Below are positions 49,888 to 63,599 of a stretch of DNA of 64,000 bases, piece after piece. The number at the start of each line of letters is the position of its first letter. The stretch's first letter is position 1. Under the pieces are notes generated by a model. The model searched no databases and was not told the origin of the DNA. It saw only the letters and a program-made list of their open reading frames with translations. The stretch is from Camelus ferus (taxonomy: Eukaryota). The translations under genes and the position numbers were made by a program. The stretch covers positions 12,278,001 through 12,342,000 of the forward strand of contig NC_045697.1 of assembly GCF_009834535.1 (NCBI RefSeq). Direction: 5' to 3'.

Positions 49888-50235
49888 GTTTTAATCAGCT
49901 CAGGCTGCTACAATGAAAATACCACAGACTGGGGGCTTAAACAGACATTTATTCTTCACAGTGCTGGAGGCTAGGAAGTCCGAGATCAAGATGCTGGCAG
50001 GTTTGACTTGGTGAAGGCCCTCTTCCTGGCTTGCAGACAGCCTCTTTCTCACCGTGTCCTCATGCTAGAGAGAAAGTGAGCCCCGGTCTCTTCTTGTACG
50101 GGCACTAGTGCAGTCATGGGGCTCCACTCTCATGATCTCATCTAAACCTAATTATCTCCCAAAAGCTTCACCCTCAAACATCATGGGAAAAATGGAGGTT
50201 AGGGCTTCAGTATGAATTTTGGGGGGAAATAAGTT
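49888..50235 (-). mobile_element. MLT1A-type MaLR LTR
   Basis: cagctcaggctgctacaatgaaaataccacagactgggggcttaaac...ggttagggcttcagtatgaattttgggg. Confidence 0.85.
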
Positions 50236-50249
50236 GTAATATTTGTTGA

Positions 50250-50480
50250 AGAGATGACTTTTTCTGCCTCACTCTGGTAACTCCTGGTGCTTACCTCAAC
50301 CCGGCCTTCACAATTTATTGTACTATAATTACTAGTTTGGCGTTTGTCTTTTCTGCTCATCCCCTGAACTCCAAGCTCTGTGAGGACAGAGACCACGTAT
50401 GTCTTGTATACAACTGTGTCCTCAGCACTCATTTGAGTGCTTGGCATAATGCTGGGGATTAATAAATACTTGTCAAAATT
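50250..50480 (+). mobile_element. L2 3' end
   Basis: aagctctgtgaggacagagaccac...gtgcttggcataat...aataaatacttg. Confidence 0.7.
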
Positions 50481-51189
50481 CTGTTTCCAGTCTGCACCTG
50501 GAATAATCTCTTAAAAATATGTTTGCCTAAAATTTGTGGCATTAATTCATTTAACAGGAGCTCTGTTATCTTCTTCTGCCTTTTAATGTTTTCCTTATGC
50601 CTTGTTTGTCAAACACTTATGTTCTAAATCTATAAATAGTGCAGAAAAGGATTTCCTTGAAACAATGGGCCTAATGAAATGATTAGCAGGTGGTCAGGCT
50701 GAGTAGCTGGCCTGGATTAGGGTAATAAGAGTGTCACAGTTGTCAGAACTCTGACTGCACATAGGGAGAATAATTTGTAAGCAAAATAAGAATATTTTGC
50801 CAAAGAAGTAAATATTGAGAAATAAAGAGAAGGCCCAGTTAGGAGTGGTAACCAATGAGAATTCTTCTAGGAAGACAGAAAATTATAGATAATGGATATT
50901 GAAATCACGTAGCCATGGAAAATGGAATGTCACTGAGTTCTGTAAAGAATAAATTGAGAGAGTATTCTAAATACCAAATTCAGAAGAGGCCCCATTAGTC
51001 CAGCAAGAATCTAATAAAAGATTTGAGCAAGATTATATGCAACGTTTTCCTCCAGCAGCAGGAAATATTGCTCCTTAGGAAAGAACTTAGGTGGACTTTT
51101 TCCTAATTTTGTATCTCAGAGTCTTTCTGAAGAGCCTGGTTGCTACATACAGAAAGTAATGTATACTTAGTATGTATACATTAAATAAA

Positions 51190-51380
51190 AATAGCTAACA
51201 TTTAATGAGAGGTGTCTTCTGTCAGTTACTGAGCAACATACTTTATATGCATTGTTCATTTAACCCTTACAACAGCTCTACTTCATAGATTTTATTATTT
51301 CCTCCATTCCATAGATAAGAGAACTGAATCTGTAAAAAAGTTAAGTGATTTGCCAGAGTCCCAGAGCTTATACTTGGAGG
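51190..51380 (-). mobile_element. MIR SINE
   Basis: aatagctaacatttaatgag...catttaacccttacaacagc...gttaagtgatttgccagagtcccagagct. Confidence 0.75.
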
Positions 51381-53245
51381 CATATATACCTAGTTGTTAA
51401 TAACTTCTTACTTTAATACCAAATTCAAGCATCCAGAAGTCAATCTTTCCCCTAAGAACAAATCACCATAGGTGTCTTTTAGTTTTCAGAAAGAAGGGCA
51501 CCTTGTGTAAGCTTATTTTTTCTTACTGAAACTCTTAATGTTATGTCATGTTGTATTATGCCATATTATGTTATTAATTTTTGGTGACAAAGATTTTCTT
51601 AATGGATAACTGTTTGAATATGGCATTATACCGAATTTTCCGAGCCAATATAATTCAGAGTCAGAGGAACAAGAAAATACACGGGGGTTTAAATGAATAG
51701 TAGCCAGGAATTCATAGGAAACCTGCTGCTTTTATGTATTACCCTCTGGAGAAGCTCTTGAGCTGTGGAGAAAAATGTTAAATTCTAGTGACAGACAATA
51801 AACCAGCGAAATAATGTGTTAAAAGAGCGTTTATTGAAGATGCCATTGTGATGGAATAAAAGTTATTGCTGCAAGAGAGGAGATGATGGCAACTTTCAGT
51901 GACTCAATTTCTTTCTGGCAGTTAAAATGTGTTTTAAACTCATAAGCTTCTCTTGTGTGTTGCTTGAGTTTCCTGTTTAGCATTCTCATTGATTTAGTAT
52001 GGTATGGCCTTCCTTTCCTTCTTTGAAAGTGACAATCAACTCAGGTTGTGTGTTCCTTCCCTTCCTTTCCTCTATATCCTATGGTGTGTGACAGACGTGA
52101 GCCCCATTAGCTTGGCAGGCATCCTGGGAAGGGAGCCTGGAAGGCACCTTGCTTGGCCTATTGTCTGGGATACTGTAAATCATGACACAACGTGCTGTGT
52201 ACTTTCAGAGTACTAAGTATAACAAGCTCTGGACACACAGATGAGGGAATTAGTTGTACTTACATGGACGAGAGGAGGCTTAAGAGAGGAGGAAGAATTC
52301 AAGCTGGATTGAATGCACCAGACTAGTAGTTCCATGAAGGCAAAGTTTAAACTTATTTGTTTACCACTATATTGCCCAGAGCTTATGGCCATTCTTGAAA
52401 CATAACAGGCACTGAAGAAACATTTGCTGAATGAATGGATGGATAAATGATTGAGAAACCACTGTGGCATAGCCCAAAAATATAAGGACCGTGTAGTTGA
52501 ATATTCTAGGTTTGTTTGCTTCCTGAGTGTGGTCCTCACCAGCTGTGTGGTCTTGAAGTCATCTAACCTGAGTATTTGCTTCCCTCTCTGTGAAAATGAA
52601 GAAAATAAAGCAAATATTCAGATATCATTGTGAATATTGAAGTATATCAAAATACAGAAAATTAGGCCATTAATACATTTTAAGGTTTTTTGATATTGAA
52701 TTTATAAAAAAATTGATAACATACTTTCAAACATCATTTTGACAGTGGCTCTTTCAGATTTTCTTAGCGTTAATCTCCAATTAATATTTTAAGAAATCTT
52801 TGAAGCACAAATAAACTTAGTCACCACACGTTGTACAATAAGTGGTATATAAAAATATTAAATATTTCCTCTCATAAGGATACATCTTTCTTTTTGGCTC
52901 TACATAGGCAATTTTGATATATCTGAAAAATGTTCATTTTCCAAATACAAATATTAGTATTTTTCCTTATATTTGACTGAATTTATTTGAGAGGATATAA
53001 TCAGAAAGTCTAATACTACAGCATCTGAAACTAGAGTTTCAGAGACACACAGACCTGCTACAAGTTATTCAGCATTTCCCATGGTTCAAGACCTGCTGTT
53101 TATGAAATCTTCCTTTTGTAAACCCTGAGGGCCAGTGTTTGGTTTTCCAGCAGTGTTGATAAAACAATTTGATAAATAAATTTAAGTAAAAAGGAATTCC
53201 ATGCTTTGCTCTTATTTCTTAATACTAAGAGGATTCAAACATACA

Positions 53246-53806
53246 GTGCAGTAGGCAGTATTTTAAGATAGCCCCCATGATTCTTACTGTCTGGTTTACA
53301 TGTATTTTGTAGTCTCTGTCCCCTTGTGTAGGTGAGACAGTGAATATTAGGTTACTTATCATTTGACTTATCAAAGGATTATCCTGGATGGGCCTGACCT
53401 AATCAGGTGAACTTCTAGAAGGAGAAGTGGTGGCCTGGAAGAAAGCAAATTAACCCATGCTGTAAGACATAAGGCAAGAACTATGGGTGACCTCTAGGCA
53501 CTGAGAGTAGTCCCCAGCCACTGAACAGCTTTCAAGAAAATGTGGACTTTTTCATTCTTACAGCCACAAAGAATTGAATTCAGGCAACACTGAATAAGTG
53601 AATGTGCTTGGAAAAGAATCCCATGCTCCAAATGAGTACTGCAGTACAGCTGACACCTTGATTGTAGCTATCTAAAATGCTGAACAGAAGGTCCATTTAC
53701 ATTGTACCTGGACTCTTGACCCAAGGAAACTGTGAGGTAATAAATTTGTGTTAAGTCTCAAGGGTTATAAGTTAATTAGTTATGCATTAATAGAAAAATT
53801 AATGCT
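53246..53806 (+). mobile_element. MLT1E/F-type MaLR solo LTR
   Basis: aagatagcccccatgattc...gattatcctggatgggcctgacctaatcagg...gaaactgtgaggtaataaat. Confidence 0.8.
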
Positions 53807-54269
53807 ATAGATTTTTTAGAGCTCATTAGAATCCTCTTTCCTCTTCTCTCATCTCCATAGGTCACTCAACTCATTCTTTAGTTCTCTTGAAAGTTTCTTC
53901 CTGTTAATCAGGTCTAGTCTGATTAGCTTTATTATACATTCTTCCCTTCTAACTCCCACTCAGCATTTTATTATGAACATCAGCTTAGGTTTCCTTTTAG
54001 CAGAAAAGAATCTTTCTTTCACAGAAGAAGTAAGAAGGAGGACTGAACAGGCAATTTTAGGAAATTTTTGCACCTGAGGAGGGAGTGGAATAACCTGTGA
54101 ACATTCCTTTGTTACAGTTTTTGTTTCTACATGCATACATTTAATCAGACATTCACACATATGATGAGGCTTAACCATTTGCTTTGACTCTGAAGTGAAA
54201 ACAGCCTGTTTAGCCCACCTAGTTTTTTTCCCCAGACACCCAATTATGGTTTATCTTATTCCTGGTTTC

Positions 54270-54810
54270 TTGGCAGAAATTGAATCGTCTGTCTATTCAT
54301 TTTCTTTCTTGGTAATAGAAATTTACCATTGGAATTGTGGCCAGCTAATTCATAGATTACATTTCCTAGCCTCTCTTGCAGCTATGTTCAGGTGTAGTGA
54401 TATAAGAGGATGACATTTGCAACTTTTAGGGCATTCTCTTAAAAGGAAGGCCTATACCATCCCACTTTTCCCATCTTCTGTTGACTGGAATGTGGCCAGG
54501 ATGACAGGGGATGGTTCAGCCTTATTGGATGATAAGATGGAAGCCACATGATGACAATGGCGCAGGCACAAGATATAAAGAAACCTGGGTTCTAGGGAAG
54601 TTAAGGGTAGTTTTTTTGTGACAGAAACTACTAATTGTACCCAATATTTATTCTCCATTTCTTCTGTTTTTTAACATTGAATTCCATGCTCCAAAACTTA
54701 TCAAGACATGGGCAACCAGCTAGATAACTCATTTCCTAGCCTCTTTTGCAGCTAGCATGGCCATATGACCAAATTTTCACCAATGAAATGTAAGTAGAAA
54801 TGCTCAAATT
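54270..54810 (+). mobile_element. Two LTR16-like ERVL LTR fragments
   Basis: Motif catttcctagcctctcttgcagcta at about 54360 and catttcctagcctcttttgcagcta at about 54730. Confidence 0.6.
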
Positions 54811-55070
54811 CTACCTTTTCTTCATTAAAATATGCTCACAACCCATTTGGTATTTTGAGGATAGAAGATAGGTCTGTTGTATCTTGGAGATAGCAAAGGT
54901 TAGATTACTTGAGAATTTTATAGCAATTGAACACATCACCTAGCATCTCTCACCAGTATGCAGTGTAACAGCAAACAGGCAATTGGGTTTAAATGCCCTT
55001 CCTTTAGGCTTAAGTAGCTCCCTGTCGGAACTTTATCAAAGCACTTGTGTTTTGTGTCAGTCTCAATTGA

Positions 55071-55668
55071 TGGTGATGGTGTCAGCTGGGAATGCCTGAG
55101 GCACTCACCTGAGCCTGTACCACTTGTGGTGAGCCCTCACAGACATTTCCGTCCGGAGCCAATGCGTGGCTCGATTGGCTCCTGTGATTCTTCTTATGAT
55201 TGCAAGACGGACTTTAGGAACAACCACCAGGGACTTAAAAAAATGTTTATTACTCATAGGACCTGGAGGGTACAGGGCATGCCCAGGGCCATACAGGGAT
55301 TGGGGAGAGAGAGAGAGCAAGAGCGAGAGCAAGCAGACCTTGGATTTTGCCTTTTTTGGGGTCAAAGGTGGGGTGCTGACAGTTTTGTGGGTTGACTCTT
55401 TATTGGTGAATTTAAAACAGAAGTGAGAATTAAAGTGCAGGAAGGGAAAAGCAAAGTCACTCAAGTGGTCAGTTATCTAAGTCAACCAAGGTTTTTCCAA
55501 GAGGGGAACTTCATGGTTGGGGTCGCCTGTCTCTTAATCTAGTTGTGTAGTTGGTAATATATTTATTAGAGATGAATGTCTTTGAAATGGGTGCCTGGGC
55601 AATCGAAAGCTAAATGTCAGGCACTTACATTACAGTCAAAAAGCTAATTGCCAGGCACTAGCACTACA
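55071..55668 (-). mobile_element. MER76-like ERVL solo LTR
   Basis: Revcomp starts TGTAGTGCTAGTGCCTGGC...; internal tttattggtgaatttaaaac and gtggtcagttatctaagtcaacc. Confidence 0.8.
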
Positions 55669-56146
55669 AATTGTCATTGGCATTGTTGCTTTAGTTGTCT
55701 GTTTTATGTACTAGATTGTGATTCCTGGAAGATGGGGATTGGCTTAGTATTTCTCTGAATTCCCAGTTCCTGGAACAGGTCCTAATGTACAAAAGGTACC
55801 CAGTTGATGTTTGCTGAACAAATGAATGAAGATAATGTCTGATGGTTGTGGGAAGGTGGATGGGAGTGATGGGAAGGTTATCTAAACACAGAACTGAGAA
55901 CTAGGAGTTGGGAAGAAACTTGAAGAGATTATTTCCAAAGCTCTCATTGATTACATAGTTGATTAGTGACTTATCTAGAATATGAATATGTTGGCTGACT
56001 CCTAGTCTCTGCTTTTACTATATCAGTGTAGCTACAACTATATCTGAATCAGTTTGAGGAAGGACATCTTAAGGGGAGTAACAGACAGGAGCAGGAGACA
56101 GCAGAATCAGAGTGTGTTTGTGTGTATGAGAATTTGTGTATTTATT

Positions 56147-56938
56147 TGTAATATTGTGATTTATAATAATACACTTTCGGTTCTAAAACTCTTGGAATTT
56201 CCTAAGTGATAAGAGTGATAAAAGTGTCTTTTGTTATTTATAGCAAGCTTGTTTCAGCCACACCTGAGTTTATATTAATGCAGTGACTTTTGGAAAGCCC
56301 TTAAGGATATGTGCTGATTGCTAGGGGAACCAACCCTGTGATTAGAGGGTTGGAATTTTCAGTCCCACCCCTTGATTTCAAGGGAAAGGAGAGAGGCCAG
56401 AGGTTGATGACCAACAATTTAATCAATCATGGCTATATAATGAAAAACGTCCATAAAAATCACTGAAGTATGGGGTTCAAAGAGCTTTTGGTTGGTGCTG
56501 GGAGGGTAGCGCGCGAGGAGAGGGCATGGAAGCTCAGTGCTGCTTCCTCCATGCCCTACCCTAGGCATCTGCATATCCTTTTATAATAAATCAGTAATCT
56601 AGTAAGTAAATTCTTTTCCTGAGTTCTGTGAGCCACTCTAGGAAATTATCAAATTTGAGGAGGGGGTGATGAGAACCTCTGAGTCACAGCCGGTGGGTCA
56701 TAAGCACAGTGAACCTGGACTTGCAGCTGGTGTCTGAAGTGAAGGGACAGTCTTGTAGGACCAAGTCTTTACCCCTTGGGGTATAACGCTATCTCCAGGT
56801 CGGGTCAGAATTGAATTGAATTGTAGGACACCCAGCTGGTGTCAGACAATTGCTTGGAATGAGAAAAAAATCCCCCACACATCTGGTATCAGAAGTATTG
56901 AAAGTAGAGAAAGGGAAAAAGAATTTTCCCTTTCTCTA
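56147..56938 (+). mobile_element. MER21-like ERVL solo LTR
   Basis: tgtaatattgtgatttataataa...ggggaaccaaccctgtgattagagggttggaa...cctgagttctgtgagccactctag. Confidence 0.85.
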
Positions 56939-56954
56939 CCCATACGATACGTTT

Positions 56955-57395
56955 TTGTAGAACACATTAATCACCCTAATTCTTCCCTTCTCCATGTATC
57001 CATACTCATTGCTGTATGACTTTGCAGTTTATCCCACTAAAGAGGCAGTACATTTCCCTACTCTTTTATTTTGGGTCCAGACACATGCTTTTGTGAATGG
57101 AATGTAAACAGGCATGACATGACCGAAGGCTTCAAAAAAGCCTGCATGATTGAGCTTGCTCCTGTTATAGGAGCAGGATGATAGACAAGTGAAGGAGAGA
57201 CATTGAGGCCAGTTTAGGATCCGCTGACCCCCTGATGACCTTCAGCTGTGTAAATGAGCCCAGGTGAGAGCAATAAAATTGCTCAGCTGAGCCCAGTGTA
57301 AATTAGTCTATCTGTAGCCATGAGAGAAATGAATCCATATTATTGTATGCTGCTGAGATTCTTATATAAACAATTGTAATCATCATTAACTGATA
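56955..57395 (+). mobile_element. MLT1H-type MaLR solo LTR
   Basis: gactttgcagtttatcccactaaagaggcag...ctcagctgagcccag...ttgtatgctgctgagatt. Confidence 0.7.
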
Positions 57396-58229
57396 GGGGA
57401 TTATTGCTAGAAATAAGTAATATAGATGATGGAGGAGTGATGTCAGCAAAGTTTTCTTGAAAAGAAATTGTGGAAATTCAGGATTGCATTTCAGAGGTGG
57501 GGCAAAGCCAATGAAATGCCATGTTTGCTTGTTAGACGTGTAGTAGTGTCCTTGTGATACACATTTCAGTTTTATGTGGCAATATTTCATTCTAAAAGTA
57601 ATGAAATTATTTTCATTTTATAAAGACCAAAGAGTCATGAAATAGCACATTTCCTGAACTCGTTATGAAGACTAGATAGGGATAAAAGAGGAATAAGATA
57701 AATACATATCTGACTCAATTATTACTGTATAGTTGGCAAGTTAGATGAAAATCCACTTTATTAAAAGATAGAAAGCTTAGAATTATTTATAATATTTGCA
57801 AAATAAAGGGCGTTTGCTTTATGGAGAGAATACCATTTCATCAGTACATTTGCCGGTATAATTAGAGAACCCACCATTGCCAAAAATACACTCTTGACTT
57901 TAAATTATGGCAGGAAAGTGAAATGCTCTTGGCTGGGAATTTTTCAAATTCATTTTGATTTAAAACAAGATACTCAATGCTAGGCAGACTCTCCTCTCTC
58001 CTTTCTTTCCTTCTTTAGCCACTTCCTCTGCCTCTGTCATCCTTAGATCTTACTTTGATTTCTTTGCCTCTGGCTAGGAATTTCCTTCCTTCAACTTTAG
58101 TATTTAGTATTTAGCATATTCTCATGCCTCTTATTCATAATTCTTTCCACATCGCTTTTGTTTCAAGAAATATACATTTTAGGTGGGAAAGGGCAAGGAT
58201 CCCTAAGTATCTGAGAAGACATCATGCTC

Positions 58230-58720
58230 CTTATAGCACTGAGACCCCAAACTACAAAGGCTTCCACAAGAGACAAGTTTATTTCTATCTCACGTAAGTA
58301 CCCTGGGGAGGCTGTAGTCCAAGACAGGAAGATGACTCTGACTCACAAAGTCAGCCAGTAATCCAGTTATTTTAATCATGTTGCCCGGCTATCCACTAGG
58401 GTGTTGTCCACAGCGATATTTCTGATGCTTTCATTTTATGGCCACGTTTATGTTCTGGTCTTCAGGAAGATGAAAAGAGAGAAGTAAAGGACAAGTCATT
58501 CTCGTTTAAGGAAGTGATGTAAAAGCAACACATCACTCCTGTTTACATTCCATTGGTGAGAACTTACTCACTTGGCCATTTTAGATGCAAGGGGGTCTGG
58601 GAAATGTGTTAGGCAATTGGTTGGCTATAATTCATCCTGAAGCTTGTTGGAGGGCATGGAGTATTAAAAGGAAAAAGGAAAGACTGGACATTATAGAGTC
58701 AATTAGCAGCGTCCATCACA
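58230..58720 (-). mobile_element. Old MaLR LTR (MLT1-family)
   Basis: aagtttatttctatctcacgtaa...acacatcactcctgtttacattccattggtgagaactta...gcaagggggtctgggaaatgt. Confidence 0.6.
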
Positions 58721-59304
58721 AGAAGCTACTCTTAATTTTCCTAGAAGCACACACATATTTGTTGCATGAGTGTTTTTTGTAATAGCAAAATTCCTCAGTG
58801 GAGCTGAGAAGAGTAAAATTTCTTAATGGCTTGATACAACTGCTACTCCCATCTTATGAGGAATAGGAAATGCTATAGAGATCTTACAATACGGATTTTA
58901 TGGTCTTCTGATGCTGGACCCATGAATAGGCAGTCAATTGTCCCTTTCTTCAACTGAACCTGTCAACTAGCTACTTAAAATAAAAAAATGAAGGCATTGC
59001 TATACTTACAGAATATTTAGGACAAAATTATAGAATATAGTTTTCTTTTTTTCAGAAATACTGTTTTGAACAAAAAAGTTTAAGGTGTATCTACTCTTAC
59101 CTCTGCTTCTATGCCGCTAAATATTAAAGCTACCTAAAGGTGTTTTCTCCTTAATTAATTGCAACAATAAAACCTCCCCAAATTTTCTAGTTTATCTGTA
59201 AAGGCTTTTTGTTTTGGATTTCAAGGAGGTGAACTCTTTCCATTTTGTTCCATTTCATTTATTCCTTTCCTTTTTCCATGCCATTTAATTCCATGTTGCA
59301 GTTT

Positions 59305-59380
59305 CTCCCTTCCTCCCTCCTGCCCTCCTTCCTTCCTTTCCTCTTTCCTTCCTTCCTTCCTTCCTTCCTTCTTCCTTCAT
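59305..59380 (+). repeat. (CCTT)n pyrimidine tract
   Basis: ccttccttccttccttccttcctt. Confidence 0.9.
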
Positions 59381-60969
59381 TTCCATTATAACAATCAAGG
59401 TCTAATCAAGAAGCAGAAGTCATTAAACAAAGTTGTTGAATTACTATTGATTTACAGCAAACTGTGCATATTTAATATGTAAAATTTGATGTTTTGACAT
59501 GTGCATACACCTGCAAAACCATCATCACAAGCAAGATAATGAACATTTTCATCACCTCCAACAGTTTCCTGTGCCCCTTTTTAATCCCTCTCTCTTCTCC
59601 CACCTACTTCCCTGCCTTATCCTCAGGCGACCACGGACCTACTTATTGTTACTGAAGATCAATTTTCATTTTCTAAAGCTTTACATAAATGGAACAATAC
59701 AGCATGAGTTCTTTTTTTCTGTTTTCTTTCATAATAATTATTCTGAGAGTCATCCATGTTGTAGCATGTATCCATTGTTCATTCCTTTCTATTGCTGAGT
59801 AGTGTTTCATGTGTAGATATACCATAGTTTATTCAGTTACCTTTTGATAGACATTTGGTTTATTTCCAGTTTTTGGCTATTATAAATAAAGCTGCTATGA
59901 ACATTTATTTACAGGTCTCTGAATGGATATATGCTTTCATTTCTTTAGAGTAAATACCTAGGCTGGAATGACTGAATTATATGGTAGGCATACATTTAAC
60001 TTCTTAACAAACTGCCAAATTGTTTTTTAAAAGTGATTGTACCGTTTTACATTTCCAGCAACTGTGTATGAAGGGTCCAATTCCTTCACCTTGTCACTAG
60101 TGCTTGGCACTGTCAGTCATTTTAAACTTTCTCCTCTCTAGTAAGTGTCTGATGGTATATCATTGTGAATATGATGACTGATGTTGTTGCATTTTCACTG
60201 GCTTATTTGCCATCTGTATTTCTTTATATATTCTGGATACAATTCCTTTATCAGATACATGATTTGCAAATATTTTCTCCCATTATATTGCTTTTCTTAT
60301 TCTTTTAGCAGTGTCATCCAAAGTGCAGGAAGTTTTAAATTCTGGTGGAGTTCAATTTATCAGTTTTTTTCTTCTATTGACTGTGATTCTGATATTATAT
60401 CTGAGAAAATTTGACTTGACCAAAGATTTCAAAGATTTTTTCTCCTGAAATTTCTATACTTTTAGGTTTTACATTTAGGTCTATGAGTTTTCTGTATATG
60501 TGTGGGTCTATTTCTTTATTCTGTTCCATTGTTCTGTTTGTCTATCTTTATGTCAATACCACATTCTCTTAGTTACTGTTGCTTTGTGGTATGTCATGAT
60601 ATCCGTGTTAGTTCTCCAACTTTGTGCTTCTTTTTAAACTTGTTTTAATGATTGTAGGTCATTTGCATTTTATGTGAATTTTTGAATTAGCTTGTCAAAT
60701 TTGTACAGAAAAGAAGCCTGTTTGGATTTTGATTGTGATTGCATTGAATCTATAGGTCAGTTTAGGAAGAATTAACATATTAACAAAATGGGGTCTTCTG
60801 TTCCATGAACGTGATATGCCTTTCCATTTATTTATGCCTTATTCAATTTCTTTAAGCAATGTTTTATAATTTCCAGTATACACGTTTTTCATATATTTTG
60901 TCACATTTATCTCCAATTATTTTACATATTTTGATGCTATTTTAAATTATATGTTTTACAATTTAATTC

Positions 60970-62958
60970 CTCTTTTTTATTGTAGTTGATTTACAGTGTT
61001 GTGTTAGTTTCAGGTGTACAGCAAAGAGATTCAGGTGTATACGTGTGTGTATACATGTATGTGTGTGTGTGCGTGTGCATGTGCATGTGTGCATATATAA
61101 AATGTATTTTCAGATTATTTTCCATTATAGGTTATTACAAGATATTGAATATTGTTCCCTGTGTTATTGTTATACAGTAAATTATTGTTGCTTATCTATT
61201 TTATGCATAGTATTTTGCATCTTGTAACCCCATACCCTTAATTTATCCCTATCCCCACTTTCCCTTTGGTAACCATAAGTTTGTTTTCTTTGTCTGTGAG
61301 TCTGTTTCTGTTTTGTGTATAGATTCATTTATATTATTTTATAGATTCCACATATATAAGTGATACATAATATTTGTCTTTCTCTGTCTGACTTACTTCA
61401 CTTAGTACAGTAAACTCTAGGTCCATCCATGTTGCTGCAGATGGTATTATTTCATTCTTTTTTATGGTTAAGTAGTGTATATATACAATACATCTTCTTT
61501 ATCCATTTATCTGTTGATGGACATTTAAGTTGCTCCCATGTCTTGGCTGTTGTAAATGGTGCTGCTATGAACATTGGGTGCATGCATTTTTTTGAATTAG
61601 AGTTTTCATCTTTTCCAGATATATGCCCAGGAATGGGATTGCTGGGTCATAAGGTAGCTCTATTTTTAGTTTTTAAGGAATCTCCATACTGTTTTCCGTA
61701 GTGGCTGCACCAATCTACATTCCCACCAACATTGTAGGAGAGTTTCCTTCTTCTCCACACCCTCTCCAGCATTTATTATTTGTAGACTTTTTGATGATAG
61801 CCATTCTGACCAGTGTGAGGTGATAACCTCATTGTGGTTTTGATTTGCATTTCTCTGATAATTAGCAATGTTGAGCATCTTTTCATGTGCCTATTCGTTG
61901 GTCATCTGTAAGTCTCCTTTGGAGAAATAGATGTTTAGGTAGTCTGTCCATTTGTTGTCTGCCCATTTTTTGACTGGGTTGCTTTTATTGATATTGAGTT
62001 GTATGAGCTGTTTGTTTATTTTGGAAATGAAGCCCTTGTCCATGGCATTGTTTGCAAATTTTTTCTCCCATTCTATAGTTTGTCTTTTCATTTTGTTGAT
62101 GGTTCCCTTTGTTACGCAAAACCTTTTAAGTTTGATTATGTCCCATTTATTTTTGCTTTTTTAATTTTGCCTTGGAAAACTGATCTATGAAAAATATTTC
62201 TACAATTTATGTCCGTGAATGTTTTGCCTATGCTTTCTTCTAGGAGTTTTATGGTGTCATGTGTTATATTTAGGTCTTCAAACCATTTTGAGTTTATTTT
62301 TGCATATGGTGTGAGGGGGTGTTCTAATTTCATTGCTTCCCATGAGGCTTTCCCAACACCATTTGCTGAAGAGTTTATCTTTTCTTCATTGTGTATTCTT
62401 GCTTCCTTTGTTGCAGATTTATTGACTGTAGGTGTGTGGGTTTACTTTCTGGCTTCTCTGTCCTGTCCCATTAATCTGTATGTCTGTTCTAATACCACAC
62501 TGTTTTGATTACTGTAGCTTTGTAGTATTGTCTGCAGTCTGGGAGGGTTATGCCTCCAGCTTTATTCTTTTTCCTCAGAATTGCTTTAGCAATTCTGGGT
62601 CTTTTGTGGTTCTGTATAAATTTTAGCATTATTTGTTCTAGTTCTGTGAAAAATGTCCTGGGTAATTTGATAGGGGTAGCATTAAATCTGTAGATTTCAT
62701 TGGGTAGTATGGCTATTTTAACAATATTAATTCTTCCAAGCCAAAAGCATGCCATATACTTATGTTTTTTTGCATCATCATCATCAGTTTCCTTTGTCAA
62801 TGTTTTATAGTTTTCAGAGTGTTGGTCTTTTATATCCTTATTAGGTTTGTGCTGAGGTATTTTATTTTATTTTTTGATGCAATTTTAAATGGGATTGTTT
62901 TTCACTTGCTCTTTCTGTGATAGTGTAAAGAAATACAACAGATTTCTAATATATTAAT
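60970..62958 (-). mobile_element. Younger artiodactyl-type L1 3' portion (about 2 kb)
   Basis: gtagttgatttacagtgttgtgttagtttcaggtgtacagcaaag 3'UTR. ORF2 fragment [35 protein letters not shown]...[12 protein letters not shown]. Confidence 0.92.
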
Positions 62959-63439
62959 CTAATGTTCACTGTTGCTATTTAGAACTATAATTCTTTTAAT
63001 CTGTTTGTCTTATATCCTATAACCTTTCTAAACTCACTGATTGTAGTAACTTTTTGTGGATTTTATTGGACCTTCTATGTAGATAATTATGTTTTCTGCA
63101 AATAGAGGACATTTTACTTCTCTTTCTATTTACATGGTCTAAATTTTTAAATACTGCTTTATTTCACTGGCTGGAACCTTGAGTAAAATGTTGAAAAGAA
63201 GTAGAGAGAATAGGACATCTTGCTTTGTTACTGATCTTACAGAGACAGTATTCACTATTTCCCCTTTAAGTATGTTAGTTGTAGGGTTTTTGTAGGTGTT
63301 CTTTATCAGGTTGAGGAAGCTCCCTTTTATTCCTAGTTTTCTGGTAAATTTTATTAGGAATGGATGTTGAATTTTGTCAAATGCATTTTGTCAAATGCTT
63401 TTCCTATATTTGTTATAATGATAATGTAGCTTTTACTTT

Positions 63440-63485
63440 TTAGTTTGTTAATATGTTTAGTTTGTTAATATGTTTAGTTTGTTAA
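63440..63485 (+). repeat. 17-bp tandem repeat (about 2.7 copies)
   Basis: ttagtttgttaatatgt x2 plus ttagtttgttaa. Confidence 0.85.
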
Positions 63486-63599
63486 CAAATCTTGCATTCC
63501 TGGGACAAACCCCACTTTTATATATAAAAATATATTTTATTAAGTCATAATACATTATTCTTTCAATATATTATTGGATTTGAGTTGCCAGTTTATTCA

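Larger units (their letters stand above)
59430..63590 (-). mobile_element. L1MB-like element split by a younger L1
   Basis: 3'UTR at 59430-59800; ORF2 antisense to about 60965, resuming at about 62960. Confidence 0.8.

Noticed and set aside
51780..51930. Possible conserved non-coding element in non-repeat sequence
   Set aside because: Impression only; cannot be supported without alignments.
63440..63485. CRISPR-like or functional repeat array
   Set aside because: Spacerless slippage duplication inside an L1 in mammalian DNA.
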